64,000 nucleotides of DNA from Acidobacteriota bacterium (GTDB taxonomy: Bacteria > Acidobacteriota > UBA6911). Positions 9,631 to 20,196 of this stretch are shown piece after piece. Position 1 is the first letter of the stretch. Each line of letters starts with the position of its first letter. The stretch lies in NCBI GenBank assembly GCA_963664705.1, contig OY761556.1, positions 1,312,001 through 1,376,000 of the forward strand. The letters are read 5' to 3'. The translations under genes were made by a program, and so were the position numbers. The notes under the pieces were generated by a model. That model was not told the DNA's origin and made no database searches. It saw only the letters and a program-made list of their open reading frames with translations.

Positions 9631-10269
9631 ATGGAAGTTACTGAAGCGATTCAGAAGAGAGTTTCGATACGAAGGTGGAAGCAGCAGCCGGTGGAAAAGG
9701 AAAAGATTCTGCGCGTGCTGGAATCGGGAAGACGCGCCCCGTCCTGGGGAAATACGCAGCCGTGGCGCTTTGTTGTCGTTCAGGACCCGGCGAAAATCCA
9801 GGAGCTTGGCAAGGCGGCGGCCGGGCAGCCGCACGTCGCCACGGCTCCGGTTGTGATCCTCTGCTGCGGGGAAAAGGAGGCGTTTTCCCGGAAATTGCAC
9901 CGGGAGTCGCTGAAGCAATTGATTGCGGCGGGCGTGATGGACTGGCCCGACGAAATGCTCGACAACGTGGTTCTGGATAGCGAGGTGTTTGCTCCCTACA
10001 AGCTCGGCGACCAGGCGATGATTATCAAAGCCAGCGAGCAGCTCATGATATCGATTGCCTACATGACGCTGGAAGCCACGAATCAGGGATTGGGAAGCTG
10101 CTGGGCCGGCGCCATCCTGCCCAAAGATGCGCAGGAAGCCCTGAATCTGCCGGCCAACTGGTTTGTGCACGATTTTCTGCTCCTGGGATATGCGGAGGAA
10201 GCGCCGCAGCCGCGGCCGCGCAAGCCGATGGATGAGATTGTGTTCTGGGAAAATGGCCCGAAGGCTTAA
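9631..10269 (+). CDS. Nitroreductase family protein
   Basis: KRVSIR, APSWGNTQPWRF, GLGSCW, RPRKP motifs. Confidence 0.9.
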   Translation: MEVTEAIQKRVSIRRWKQQPVEKEKILRVLESGRRAPSWGNTQPWRFVVVQDPAKIQELGKAAAGQPHVATAPVVILCCGEKEAFSRKLHRESLKQLIAAGVMDWPDEMLDNVVLDSEVFAPYKLGDQAMIIKASEQLMISIAYMTLEATNQGLGSCWAGAILPKDAQEALNLPANWFVHDFLLLGYAEEAPQPRPRKPMDEIVFWENGPKA

Positions 10270-10328
10270 GGCCACCGCCGAATCGAGACGCCGACATACG
10301 CCGACTTCGCCGACGCATGCGGATAGGA

Positions 10329-13082
10329 TTAAGGCTCAATTAGTGCGCGCAGCTCTCTGCCGATGCGAGAGCCTGTCGTGTACGTGGGCGAACCAGGAAG
10401 AAGAGCCAAGCCTTCCTTTGCCGCCCGGCGAGCCATTTCGGGCTGGCCGGCAGCATGATAGGCGCGGGCCAGCGTGAGAAGAAAGCCCGGTTTCACATGA
10501 TGGCTGCTTTCCACAATGAGCCGGGCGCATTCCAGCGCAAGGTCCGCGTCTCGAAGTTGGCCCGGCTCCACAATCGTCAATCCTGTGGCAACCGCATCAA
10601 GATCCGATGCCTGCGCATCCGCCTGTTTCCCCACGCTCTTCAGTAACGACACGCCGCGCGCGGCTAAATGCTGCGCCTGATCTGTTTGCTGCAGGCGTCT
10701 TTGCTGCAGGCTTATCCGGATCAGCAATAAGCCCATGGTTGATTTCCTCGAAATATTGTCAGGTTGAGCCTGTAGCAGCTTTTCGCTGATCGTCTGAACT
10801 TTCGTCAAAACGCGAAGGACTTCGGCCGCATCTGCGTTACGATCTCTATTCCCCTCCGCAAAAATTCGTTCAGCGCGATCTTCGTAGCACTCCGCTTCAT
10901 TTTCCATGACGGCCTGGAAATCATTGAGCGCGCGGATGTCATTTGGATCCGCCTTGACATAGGGTTCGGTAAGCAGTCTGGATTTTTCCATAAAGGACAA
11001 TGCATCCTGGTACCGGCCGGTCTCCTTGAGTGCCAGTCCTGCCTTACGCAGAATGGAAGCCTCAATGCGGACAATTGAAACGGTTTTCCTTACATCGGGC
11101 GGAAGAGCTTCAATCCCCTTGAGCGCTTCGCGGTAATCTTTGAGTGCGGCTTGCGGGTCGGTTTCGGATTCGATGTTGGCGATCTTCATGCGGTTTACGG
11201 CTGTCCCGCGCAATGCGTGAACAAATGTGGGATTGCTTTGAAGAATACGCGCATCCATTTCCATCGATTTGCGGAATGCAGCCAGGGCGCCCGCGGGATC
11301 TCCCATGCTTGCCACGCCGGCTTGTCCCAGTTCATCGCCGAGTCCTCCATAGGCTGTAGCCGCTTTGAACAGGTCTTCGGTCCGTGTTCCCGGGGCGAGC
11401 GCCAGTTTTTCGTAAATGGATGCGGCGTCGCGCATCATGGTTACGGCTTCCGGCGTTCTGCCTATCCCGAACAGTACTTCGCTTTGTGATTGCTTTGCCC
11501 AGGCAAGCGCCTGCTGCGATGGGGCATGGTCCGGTTGCCCGGAAACGAGAGCGGATGCATGCACGATTGCTTTATTCAGACTGGCGACCGCGCCCTGCGT
11601 GTCCCCGATGTTCTGATCATAAGGATTGCCCTGAATGTTGCCCAGGCGCGTGTAGGCGTTGGCAAGGTCCAGTTTCATTTGCAAGTCGCCGGAGGCGTCT
11701 TTTGCCGCCCGGTCCAGATGCTCGGCAATCGTGCTCACGAGGAGTCGCTGGGCGGCGGTAGATCCTGGAATCTTCTGAATAGCCTCATCAATTTCCGACA
11801 GCAGCTGATTGCTCAGTTTGCGCAAATCCTCCGCGCGCGCCTCCGCAATAGTTCGCTGCCTTTGCGCAATCCGTGACTGCCACAGGATGCCCGCCATTCC
11901 GGTGAGAATACTGGCTCCCAGCAAGGCTGCCGCGATGATGGCTCGTCTGTTCCGGCGCACAAACTTGACGGCGAAATAGCGGAAGCTGCCTTGATGTGCT
12001 ATGACCGGTTGGCCGTCGAGATAGGCCTGAAGATCCGCGATCAGCTGATCGACGCTACTGTAGCGCTGCGGCGGTTCCTTGCGAAGAGCTTTGAGAACAA
12101 TGGCGTCCAGGTCGGCATCTACCGCACCTTTAGCGGCCTTTGTACTGGGCTTGGGTGGCTGTTCCTCACAGATCACGCGGATCATTTCATCGGTCGTGCC
12201 GCTTTTCAATTCGTAGGGCGGAGCGCCTGCCAGTAGCAGATATAAGAGGACCCCCAGAGAATAGATGTCGCTGGCAGTCGAAATTGGAGCGCCCTTCACC
12301 TGCTCGGGGCTTGCATACTGCGGCGTAAATGAATGCATGCCGTGGCGTGTAAGTTCGCTTTCCGCGGTGGAATCCAGCGGCGTAAGCAGCCTGGCCGTGC
12401 CGAAATCGAGAAGCTTTGCCGTTCCATCCTCTTGCACCAGGATGTTATCGGGTTTCAGATCTCTGTGGACGACAAGGTTCTGGTGCGCAAATCGTACCGC
12501 CAAGCAGACCGATAAAAAAAGTTCAATGCGCCCGCGCACCGGCAGAGCATGCTCGGCGCAGTATTTCTGGATGGAAGACCCGTTGATATATTCCATGACC
12601 AGGTAGAGTTCCCCATCCTGGCTGACGCCTCCGTCCAGCATGCGTGCAATGTTCGGATGGCTGAGTGTTGCAAGGATCTGCCGCTCCTGGCGGAATCGTT
12701 CCTGGAAAAGGCTCGTGACAAAAGGCATGTCGATCAATTTCAGGGCAACCTGCTGTTCGAATTGCCCATCCGCCCTGTGCGCAAGGTAGACGGCGCTCAT
12801 GCCTCCATGTCCAATCAGCCGGTCGATTTCATACGGCCCGATGCTCTTTCTGCCGGACCATGTTTCTATACCCCCCTTGCCCGCCTCCAGTTTTGAGGAT
12901 GCCGTGGCCGATTCCTCCTGCGCATGTGCTTTCAGCAGCGATTGGATCTCCCTTAGCAATGCCGTGTTGTCGCCGCAGAGCGTCGCCACCGTTGCGGCGC
13001 GCTGTGCTTCCGGGGACTCAAGCGCTTTCTGAAAGATCTCCTCAGCCTGGTGAAAAAGGGCAGATAAATCAGGCATGGCCAT
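10329..13082 (-). CDS. Hanks-type Ser/Thr kinase with TM and TPR-like extracytoplasmic region
   Basis: GHGGMSAV, VALK, HRDLKPDN, DFG, YASPE; TM segment followed by helical repeats. Confidence 0.92.
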   Translation of the reverse strand: MAMPDLSALFHQAEEIFQKALESPEAQRAATVATLCGDNTALLREIQSLLKAHAQEESATASSKLEAGKGGIETWSGRKSIGPYEIDRLIGHGGMSAVYLAHRADGQFEQQVALKLIDMPFVTSLFQERFRQERQILATLSHPNIARMLDGGVSQDGELYLVMEYINGSSIQKYCAEHALPVRGRIELFLSVCLAVRFAHQNLVVHRDLKPDNILVQEDGTAKLLDFGTARLLTPLDSTAESELTRHGMHSFTPQYASPEQVKGAPISTASDIYSLGVLLYLLLAGAPPYELKSGTTDEMIRVICEEQPPKPSTKAAKGAVDADLDAIVLKALRKEPPQRYSSVDQLIADLQAYLDGQPVIAHQGSFRYFAVKFVRRNRRAIIAAALLGASILTGMAGILWQSRIAQRQRTIAEARAEDLRKLSNQLLSEIDEAIQKIPGSTAAQRLLVSTIAEHLDRAAKDASGDLQMKLDLANAYTRLGNIQGNPYDQNIGDTQGAVASLNKAIVHASALVSGQPDHAPSQQALAWAKQSQSEVLFGIGRTPEAVTMMRDAASIYEKLALAPGTRTEDLFKAATAYGGLGDELGQAGVASMGDPAGALAAFRKSMEMDARILQSNPTFVHALRGTAVNRMKIANIESETDPQAALKDYREALKGIEALPPDVRKTVSIVRIEASILRKAGLALKETGRYQDALSFMEKSRLLTEPYVKADPNDIRALNDFQAVMENEAECYEDRAERIFAEGNRDRNADAAEVLRVLTKVQTISEKLLQAQPDNISRKSTMGLLLIRISLQQRRLQQTDQAQHLAARGVSLLKSVGKQADAQASDLDAVATGLTIVEPGQLRDADLALECARLIVESSHHVKPGFLLTLARAYHAAGQPEMARRAAKEGLALLPGSPTYTTGSRIGRELRALIEP

Positions 13083-13124
13083 GAACGCCTTTCAAATAGA
13101 CGGCAGAACCTCTTTTTGTATGCC

Positions 13125-13150
13125 GCGAAAAAAACGGGAGGATTGGCTCA
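13125..13150 (-). promoter_or_regulatory. Candidate ECF promoter TGAGCC-N17-CGC upstream of the kinase
   Basis: Same architecture as 13858-13883. Confidence 0.5.
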
Positions 13151-13160
13151 ATCCTTGGCG

Positions 13161-13748
13161 CTATGCTTCGGCATTCGGAATTGCATCCGGATAAATGCGC
13201 CGGTAAAGCCAGCTCCGTATGAATTTCAGGTCACGATCCACGGTGGCCTTGGACGTCTGCATGATGGCAGCGGTTTCCTCCGAGGTACACCCGAGAAAAT
13301 AGCGAAGCTCGACGAGTTGCACTTTGTGGGCATCGATCGAATTCAGCTCATCCAGGGCGCTGTTAAGGTCGATCAGAGTTTCGCTTCCGATCCCTATCCA
13401 CGGAATCTGCTCATTGAGGGGCACATGCTGCGCGCCGCTGCCTCGTTTTTGCGCATAGACAGACCGGGCGTGATCCGTGAGAATCATGCGCATTACCTTG
13501 GCTGCGAAAGTATAAAAATGGGCGCGGTCCACCCAGGTGGCTTTTTTCTGGTTGATAAGGCGCAGGCAGAGTTCGTTCACCAGAGTGGTCGCCTGAAGTT
13601 CTCCCGGGTTCTTCTCGCGATTGATGTAGGCGGCGGCGACTTTATGAAGATGCGGATAGACAAGCGGCATCAGATCTTCGAAAGCGGATGACTCTCCGTC
13701 TCTCCATCTTCCCAGAAGCAGCGTCACTTCTCCCTGAACCGGATCCAC
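13161..13748 (-). CDS. ECF sigma factor of the kinase-associated (TIGR02999/EcfK-like) type
   Basis: EVTLLL, LQATTLVNE, RAHFY, MRMILTDHAR, VELRYF motifs; adjacent kinase and no anti-sigma. Confidence 0.9.
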   Translation of the reverse strand: MDPVQGEVTLLLGRWRDGESSAFEDLMPLVYPHLHKVAAAYINREKNPGELQATTLVNELCLRLINQKKATWVDRAHFYTFAAKVMRMILTDHARSVYAQKRGSGAQHVPLNEQIPWIGIGSETLIDLNSALDELNSIDAHKVQLVELRYFLGCTSEETAAIMQTSKATVDRDLKFIRSWLYRRIYPDAIPNAEA

Positions 13749-13857
13749 GCGCAGCCCTCCTTCCGGCTATTAGGTTCGTTGCGGTGCCCCGATCCTACCA
13801 TTATGCGGATAGATCCTCCTACTGATTTTCAGGCTGCCGACCCAACCCCAAAAAAGT

Positions 13858-13883
13858 TGAGGCAATTTCCCGCTGTTTCCCGC
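13858..13883 (+). promoter_or_regulatory. Candidate ECF promoter TGAGGC-N17-CGC upstream of the secreted-protein pair
   Basis: Same architecture as 13125-13150. Confidence 0.5.
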
Positions 13884-13990
13884 TGACTGAATTGAAAGAA
13901 CACGAAATGGTCTGAACTGCAGCCGGGTCCGCGCAGAGGCGAGGCAAAATCTGCCGCACAAAACCCCGCGCGTTCAAGGAGATTGGAATC

Positions 13991-16009
13991 ATGAAGAAGG
14001 CAGCTTTTGTCGTGGCGCTGTTCTCGTTGCTTTCAGGCACCGTCGCCGCCCAGTCGATCGGCAAATCTCTGGCATTTGCGCAAATCGCAAGCGGTGGAAA
14101 CTGGGAGACGGTGATTAATATCGCCAATCGGGGGACAACGACTTATACGGGACTGCTCAATCTGTATACCATGTCTGCTACCGGTACGCCGCTTCAGTGG
14201 AATCCGTCTGTCAACGGGATGAAGATTTCGAACGGCCGGCTGTCCATCCTGATTCCCGCGGGCAGCATGCAAACGCTGACGATTACCGCAGCGGATCTGG
14301 AAACTGGCTTTGCAACAATTTCTCCGGCCGCCCCATCCGATGCTGATCAGACGAGCTTTATCGAGGGCTCATTGACCTACTATTATTTCTCCGGGAAAGA
14401 TGTCGTGGACAGTATTGGAGTTGAGCCGTCAGCGCCAACCTATCTGACGACGATTCCCTTCGACAATTTCTCTGAGATTGCGTTCGCACTTGCGAATACC
14501 AATGCCAAAACGGCATCTGTAAATCTATCCGTGTATGCGGCAAGTTCGCCGGGGCAGGTGTTGGGCACGACAGTGATTTCTTTGGCGCAGAATGCGCATG
14601 TTGCGGAATACCTCAGCCAGGTGTTTGCAGGCATTCAGGATGGGACGCCGGGCAGGCTCGAGATAGAATGCGATATTCCGATATACGGGCTTGCATTGAC
14701 GCAGGCGGGTTCCCAGTTTTCATCGCTTTCATTCCAGCCGGCGGTCAGAGCCTATACGTGGACAGAAAATTTCACGCCCACCGGTACCCTCAAAACAGGG
14801 ACGATGAGCCTCTCGCTAAGCGGATCCCTGCTGCAGTATCAAAAAACAACGATGACCCCATCCCAGGAAGCTCCAAGATTGATTACCGGCATATTCTCCG
14901 GCGGTGATTTTACAACAGTTGACTATGATCAGACTGCCGGGCAGGTCCGGTACTGGCGCTTCAGCGCTTTTTCTCTCTCGATGTCCTCAATCGTCGGCAC
15001 AGTGAAAATCTACAGTCTCACTCCTTCCTACAGCTACCTTGGGCAAGGCACCGTGACGCTGGTCGCCGCATCGACAAGCCCGGCAAATACGCGTATTGTG
15101 CAGCGGGCCTTGGCACAAACCGGATTGGCGATGGGACAGGCTTCCACCGTCATGCAAAGCCAGTACCTGATGGTCCTTGCAAAAATGTCCGGCAGCACGT
15201 CGTGCCAGGCCTTGCCAGGTGGAGGAAGCGTACAGGCGGGCGCCAGCACCCTGTCGGTTTTCTATGATGCCAATTGCACCAGGCCTTACGTCGTAAGCAC
15301 TCCCACGATTCAGGCCAACAATGGCGTCCTCAATGTTTCGGAAACAGCGATCTATTACGGATTGACCGGGAAAAACCTCGGATCCATGGCCATGATAGAA
15401 ACTGCGGATTTCGGTGCTTTCAACGGAACGATTTCTCTGAACGGCATGGCCACGTTTACGCCGGCCGGGGGAGGGCAAACGGCGCAGCTGGGGATGTATT
15501 GCACTCTGAAGAGCACGGGCGTCGGTCAGTGCGGAGGAGGCATCGTTCAGGATTTTACCGATCTGGGAATTTCTATCGGAGCCGTCACTCCACTTACCCT
15601 TACATATGATCCGGAATCCAGTGCGTCTCCAATGACCTTTACCGGCGGCGGAGTGGCTGTTACCGGCCCAATGAAATCCTTAACACTGACGAGTCCATCT
15701 GCAATGTCCCTGGCGATACAGGGCGGAACAGCATTTGGAGTGTCGTCGGCAAGCGGAGGCGCCGCCGGTTTTGAACTTTTCCCTCCGACTCCAACGGGGT
15801 GGACGTTGACAGATCTTGCCCATGATGCGCGATTTGAGATGAATGTGATCGACAATCAAACGCGCAATCTGACTCTGAAAATCACGCAGATCAGCACCGG
15901 CGCCATACTGGCAACCGGTTCCATTGATCAGTCAGGAAGCGGCTCGATTACTTGGTCCGACAGTACCGTTTCCTCCGTCGTTAACTGGCTGGCGGATTCG
16001 ACAAAGTAG
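13991..16009 (+). CDS. Secreted Ser/Thr-rich beta-sandwich hypothetical protein
   Basis: Signal peptide; FAQIASGG module; N-terminal ~360 aa paralogous to 16067-17146. Confidence 0.8.
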   Translation: MKKAAFVVALFSLLSGTVAAQSIGKSLAFAQIASGGNWETVINIANRGTTTYTGLLNLYTMSATGTPLQWNPSVNGMKISNGRLSILIPAGSMQTLTITAADLETGFATISPAAPSDADQTSFIEGSLTYYYFSGKDVVDSIGVEPSAPTYLTTIPFDNFSEIAFALANTNAKTASVNLSVYAASSPGQVLGTTVISLAQNAHVAEYLSQVFAGIQDGTPGRLEIECDIPIYGLALTQAGSQFSSLSFQPAVRAYTWTENFTPTGTLKTGTMSLSLSGSLLQYQKTTMTPSQEAPRLITGIFSGGDFTTVDYDQTAGQVRYWRFSAFSLSMSSIVGTVKIYSLTPSYSYLGQGTVTLVAASTSPANTRIVQRALAQTGLAMGQASTVMQSQYLMVLAKMSGSTSCQALPGGGSVQAGASTLSVFYDANCTRPYVVSTPTIQANNGVLNVSETAIYYGLTGKNLGSMAMIETADFGAFNGTISLNGMATFTPAGGGQTAQLGMYCTLKSTGVGQCGGGIVQDFTDLGISIGAVTPLTLTYDPESSASPMTFTGGGVAVTGPMKSLTLTSPSAMSLAIQGGTAFGVSSASGGAAGFELFPPTPTGWTLTDLAHDARFEMNVIDNQTRNLTLKITQISTGAILATGSIDQSGSGSITWSDSTVSSVVNWLADSTK

Positions 16010-16066
16010 TTCCATGTCTGCAGGCTTTGCGGGCAATGGAGTTGAACAGATTCGGGAAAGGCGGTT

Positions 16067-17146
16067 ATGAAGAAACTCGCAGGTGTTTTCATGTTGTTGG
16101 CATGTCTGTCGGCGTCCGCCAGGGCACAGTCCATTGCCAAAGCGCTGACCTTTGCGCAAATTGCCAGCGGAGAATCCTGGGAAACGGTGATCAATATTAC
16201 AAACCGGGGAGTGACGGCATACACGGGGCAGCTCAATCTCTTTACCATGACTGCCAACGGAGCCGGCTCTTTGCCATGGAATCCGATGGTGAATGGTCAG
16301 TTTGTTACAAATGGACACATCGCGGTTTCGATCCCGGCAGGCAGTACTCAATTGCTGATGATAACGGCTCCGACGCTTCAGGTCGGATTCGGCACTATTA
16401 CGCCGAGTGCGCCATCGGATATGGATCTGACCAGCTTTGTCGAAGGTTCGCTGACCTATTATTACCTTTCGGGCAAAGACGTGGTGGACAGCATCGGAGT
16501 CGAGCCGTCGGGTCGCATCTACAACACAACCATTCCGTTTGACACCTTTTCGGAGATTGCATTTGCTCTTGCGAATACGGACCCCAAGACCGCATCCGTG
16601 AAGCTGACCGTATATTCTGCTTTGACGCCGGCAAGCGTCCTGGGCACGGCGGTGTTATCCCTGGGGCCGAATGCACACATAGCCGAGTATTTGAGCCAGG
16701 TTTTCCCCGGCATTCCCGCGAGCACGGCAGGCAGATTGGATATCGAGTGCGCGATTCCCATTTATGGCCTGGCTTTGACGCAGGCGGGCAGCCAGTTTTC
16801 GTCCTTGCCCTTCCAGCCTGCGGTCAAGACCTATAACTGGACGGTCAATTCTCCGGGTGGCGCCAAAACCGGAACCTTAAGTGCACGACTTAACGGCACG
16901 GTTATGGATTATGTGACCGTTACCCAGACTCCGTCGCTGGAGGCACCTCGATATGTTGCGGGCACCTTCGTAAATGGGGGATGCTCTTTAGTGGATTATG
17001 ACGTGACCAATAACCAGATCAAATACTGGAATTTCGGTGCCTATTCCCCGACGGACGCTGTCGTCAATGGCACCGTTCAGGTATGGACCCTCGACACGTT
17101 TACATATCTCGGCCAGGGGACCGTCACATTGACGGCCACTAACTGA
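16067..17146 (+). CDS. Secreted hypothetical protein, paralogue of 13991-16009
   Basis: Signal peptide; shared SFxEGSLTYYYxSGKDVVDSIGVEPS block. Confidence 0.8.
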   Translation: MKKLAGVFMLLACLSASARAQSIAKALTFAQIASGESWETVINITNRGVTAYTGQLNLFTMTANGAGSLPWNPMVNGQFVTNGHIAVSIPAGSTQLLMITAPTLQVGFGTITPSAPSDMDLTSFVEGSLTYYYLSGKDVVDSIGVEPSGRIYNTTIPFDTFSEIAFALANTDPKTASVKLTVYSALTPASVLGTAVLSLGPNAHIAEYLSQVFPGIPASTAGRLDIECAIPIYGLALTQAGSQFSSLPFQPAVKTYNWTVNSPGGAKTGTLSARLNGTVMDYVTVTQTPSLEAPRYVAGTFVNGGCSLVDYDVTNNQIKYWNFGAYSPTDAVVNGTVQVWTLDTFTYLGQGTVTLTATN

Positions 17147-17324
17147 GCCTCACAAAATGAGAAGAAGCAACTTCCGCCTGCTTTTCAAAATACATCGGCG
17201 CATCGATGGATGAGATTGTGTTCTGGGAAAATGGCCCGAAGGCTTAGTCTGGTTATGGCCGCGAATTGCCCGAGCCTTCAATGGCCGCGGGTAATTCGCG
17301 GCGTTTTTTCGCTGAAATTTTTGC

Positions 17325-18824
17325 TTATGGAGCGGCTTTCCAGTTGATCGTGATGGAAGTGTATTTCTGATTCCCGCTGTACAGGATGATCAGTTTCCAC
17401 CCGTTTGTCGCGTTTGGCAGTTGGCGGATGACGACCTCCTTCGGGTCCACCTCAATCGAAATCGGTCTTCCGGGGAACTGTCCCTCGATAGCTCCGATGG
17501 AAGCCTGTTGATCCTCAAGAATCAATACCGAATTTTTCTGCAGTTCACCTGTCCAGATGATCGTGCCCGAGTTGAGCTGGGCCGGCTGTGCCCTTTTGGG
17601 CGCGGGCTTTGATGGCTTGAGAGCCGCCGCGGATTGAGCAAAACTCACAGGCTGTGTGACGGCTGTACCGGGGCGGTCCGTTTCGTTTCGGAGTTCCTGT
17701 TTTTCGGAAAGGACCGGTTGGACCGGTGCGCTTGCAGTCGTCGTCAGCGGCCGAGCAGCAGGTATGGGTTCGGGCGCAGCCGTTGTGCCGACCGTGCTTG
17801 CCCCTTCTGAAGCTGCGGGCGGTTGCCCTGGAGCCGGAACCTCAGGGTTGTGAATGCTCTTCATTGCGAAGAGGAGGATCCCCAGCAGGACAGCGGCGGC
17901 AATAGTCGCCAGCCACGCGGTTGATGAGATTTTTTTGCGGGCTGCCGGATTTGCCGATGGCTCAATTCTTGGCGGGGCAGTCGGAGATGCTGAAATGCTC
18001 TCCCTGTCTTTGCGCTGGACAAAGGCGATTTCCAGTGCCTGCACGAAATCCAGGCAATTGTCGAACCGATTCTGGGGATCTTTCGAGAGAGCTTTTTTGA
18101 ATACAGCGAGTAGCGACGGGCGGAAGCCCGATTTATCGTAATCCGGCTCCTCCCATAGAATTTTTGCCAGCAGTCCCGTCAGGGTTGAGGCAACGAAGGG
18201 AAGACTTCCGGTCAAAATCCGGTACGCAACGACCGCGAGCGAAAACTGATCCGAGCGGCCATCCACCTCGCGGCCCTGTGCCTGTTCGGGAGACATATAG
18301 CTCGGCGTGCCGAGAACAAATCCCGATTGCGTCATGGAGGCGGATGCCGTGAGCTTCGCAATTCCAAAATCGGCGACCTTCACCCTGCCATCTTCACAAA
18401 TCATGATGTTCGAGGGCTTGACGTCGCGGTGAATGATCCCCTTGCCGTGCGCATAATCGAGAGCATCGGCCGTTTGTCTTAGGATTGGGAAATATTTTTC
18501 GGCGTGCTCCGGTGAATCGGAAGCGAGCAAGTCTTCGAGGGGCCGCCCCGCCACGAACTCCATGACGATGTAGGCGTCTTCGCCCTGTTCGCCAATATCG
18601 TAGATGGTGATGATTCCAGGATGGGACAGGATTCCCGCCGATTGAGCTTCCCGATACAGCCGTTTCGTCAGTTCGTCGTGATTGTCGCCGCTATCCAGCG
18701 AACTGAGGCGGATCGTTTTGATGGCTACCGAACGGCCGATCAGATGGTCCGTCGCAGCGTAAATGACCCCCATCGCACCGCGGCCCAGCTCTTTCGTAAT
18801 CTTGTATCTGCCAATCTGTTCCAA
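17325..18824 (-). CDS. Ser/Thr protein kinase with TM
   Basis: GRGAMG, HRDVKPSN, DFGIAK, GTPSYMSPEQ. Confidence 0.92.
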   Translation of the reverse strand: MEQIGRYKITKELGRGAMGVIYAATDHLIGRSVAIKTIRLSSLDSGDNHDELTKRLYREAQSAGILSHPGIITIYDIGEQGEDAYIVMEFVAGRPLEDLLASDSPEHAEKYFPILRQTADALDYAHGKGIIHRDVKPSNIMICEDGRVKVADFGIAKLTASASMTQSGFVLGTPSYMSPEQAQGREVDGRSDQFSLAVVAYRILTGSLPFVASTLTGLLAKILWEEPDYDKSGFRPSLLAVFKKALSKDPQNRFDNCLDFVQALEIAFVQRKDRESISASPTAPPRIEPSANPAARKKISSTAWLATIAAAVLLGILLFAMKSIHNPEVPAPGQPPAASEGASTVGTTAAPEPIPAARPLTTTASAPVQPVLSEKQELRNETDRPGTAVTQPVSFAQSAAALKPSKPAPKRAQPAQLNSGTIIWTGELQKNSVLILEDQQASIGAIEGQFPGRPISIEVDPKEVVIRQLPNATNGWKLIILYSGNQKYTSITINWKAAP

Positions 18825-18843
18825 GGCGCGTCTCCGCGGTCAA

Positions 18844-19953
18844 CTAATCCGTGACACGAAAGGTAAAAATCTTGCCTGATTTTGTGCTGGATACGTCGGC
18901 GCCGGCCAGCAGAAAACCGTACTCTCCCTCATTCAATCCAGGCAGTTTGATCGAATAGCCGCGGCTAGGCATCTTTGTGCTTTCGTATTTGACCAGATCT
19001 CTCGTAGCTCCACCCGAAGAGCTGAAAATGCCTCCCACAACCGCGAGAAATTCGCGGGCATCCCGCTGCTGCTGTAAATGAATCAGCTGATATTCCGTGA
19101 TCACCACCCCTTCGGGCGGGATCACCAGGAATTCCAGCGGAGATTTCAGGACATTGGCGCTGTGCGCTCCGGTGACTCTGCCGTTCAGGTCGTTCTGGAC
19201 AATGCCGGCGGTTGCCAGGCGCGCAAAGGCTCCGCCCGTGCGATAGGTGACGATTTCGGGTTGCAGATCAACCCATTGTTCGGCTTTTTTTACATACACT
19301 CCCGCCTCCGTGGGGATTTTAACCGGTATCGCGGGAGCGGTGGTTTCGGCGGGTTTCGGCAGAGGTTCTTTGGGCGGGATCGGTTTGACGGAGGCTTCCA
19401 GAAAGGCGTGCGTGGTCGGAGCGGTCTTCACTTCCGGCAGCCTGGTCGGGTTGAGCAGGACTCCCATGAGCCGGTCGCTGACCCCGTTTTCTTTGAGGCT
19501 CACCATTCCGTTGACCGAGAGGTCAAAATTACTTTGACTTTCCAGCACCTTGGAAATGATGACATCTTCATGGATCCCCACCTTCACCAGTTTGATGATG
19601 GATTCATTCGTCAGGACCTCGTCCGACCCCACCATCATCAACACGATGTCGATGCGCATCGTCTGAGATCCGAGGATCGCGGCGCCCGTGCGGATGTAGG
19701 GTTTGAATCCGCGTACCGAGGTGGAGATCTGATAAATGCCGGCCGGCAACTGCGCGGTGTAATTGCCGGAGGCAGTGCTCGATATCTGGTGCGACAACCC
19801 CGAGTCGGTATTCCTTATTTCAATCCGTACTCCCGGCATGAGGGCCCCGGCGGAATCGGTCACCGTGCCCGTGACGGTGCCGAGATCGCCTTGTGCGCAG
19901 ATCGATCCCAGTGCCAGGAGTAGAAAGGTGAATCCAAACCGGATGATAGACAT
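18844..19953 (-). CDS. Secreted carboxypeptidase-regulatory-like domain protein
   Basis: Signal peptide; GTVTGTVTDSAGA motif; LTNESIIKLVKVG helical module. Confidence 0.8.
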   Translation of the reverse strand: MSIIRFGFTFLLLALGSICAQGDLGTVTGTVTDSAGALMPGVRIEIRNTDSGLSHQISSTASGNYTAQLPAGIYQISTSVRGFKPYIRTGAAILGSQTMRIDIVLMMVGSDEVLTNESIIKLVKVGIHEDVIISKVLESQSNFDLSVNGMVSLKENGVSDRLMGVLLNPTRLPEVKTAPTTHAFLEASVKPIPPKEPLPKPAETTAPAIPVKIPTEAGVYVKKAEQWVDLQPEIVTYRTGGAFARLATAGIVQNDLNGRVTGAHSANVLKSPLEFLVIPPEGVVITEYQLIHLQQQRDAREFLAVVGGIFSSSGGATRDLVKYESTKMPSRGYSIKLPGLNEGEYGFLLAGADVSSTKSGKIFTFRVTD

Positions 19954-20196
19954 GGCGCATATCCTCTTGAATGGCGTGGATCCGGTGCTGCCCGAGTTTC
20001 GCTGTTGAGGTAGCCTCGCTCAACAGGTAAAGAATCTACACAGAAAGATAAGGCGTGATGGTAAGACTTTTGATGAGTTAAATATGTTGACGGCAATCCT
20101 TTGATGTCAAGAGAAATATGGCGTGTGGATCGGGACAAAACCGCTAAGAAGCGACTTCCGGACCACCGGCGATTAGTGTATTATTCTGCGGTCAGC

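Larger units (their letters stand above)
10226..17246. mobile_element. Putative recombinase-less genomic islet bounded by a 43-bp direct repeat
   Basis: CGATGGATGAGATTGTGTTCTGGGAAAATGGCCCGAAGGCTTA identical at 10226-10268 and 17204-17246. Confidence 0.6.
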
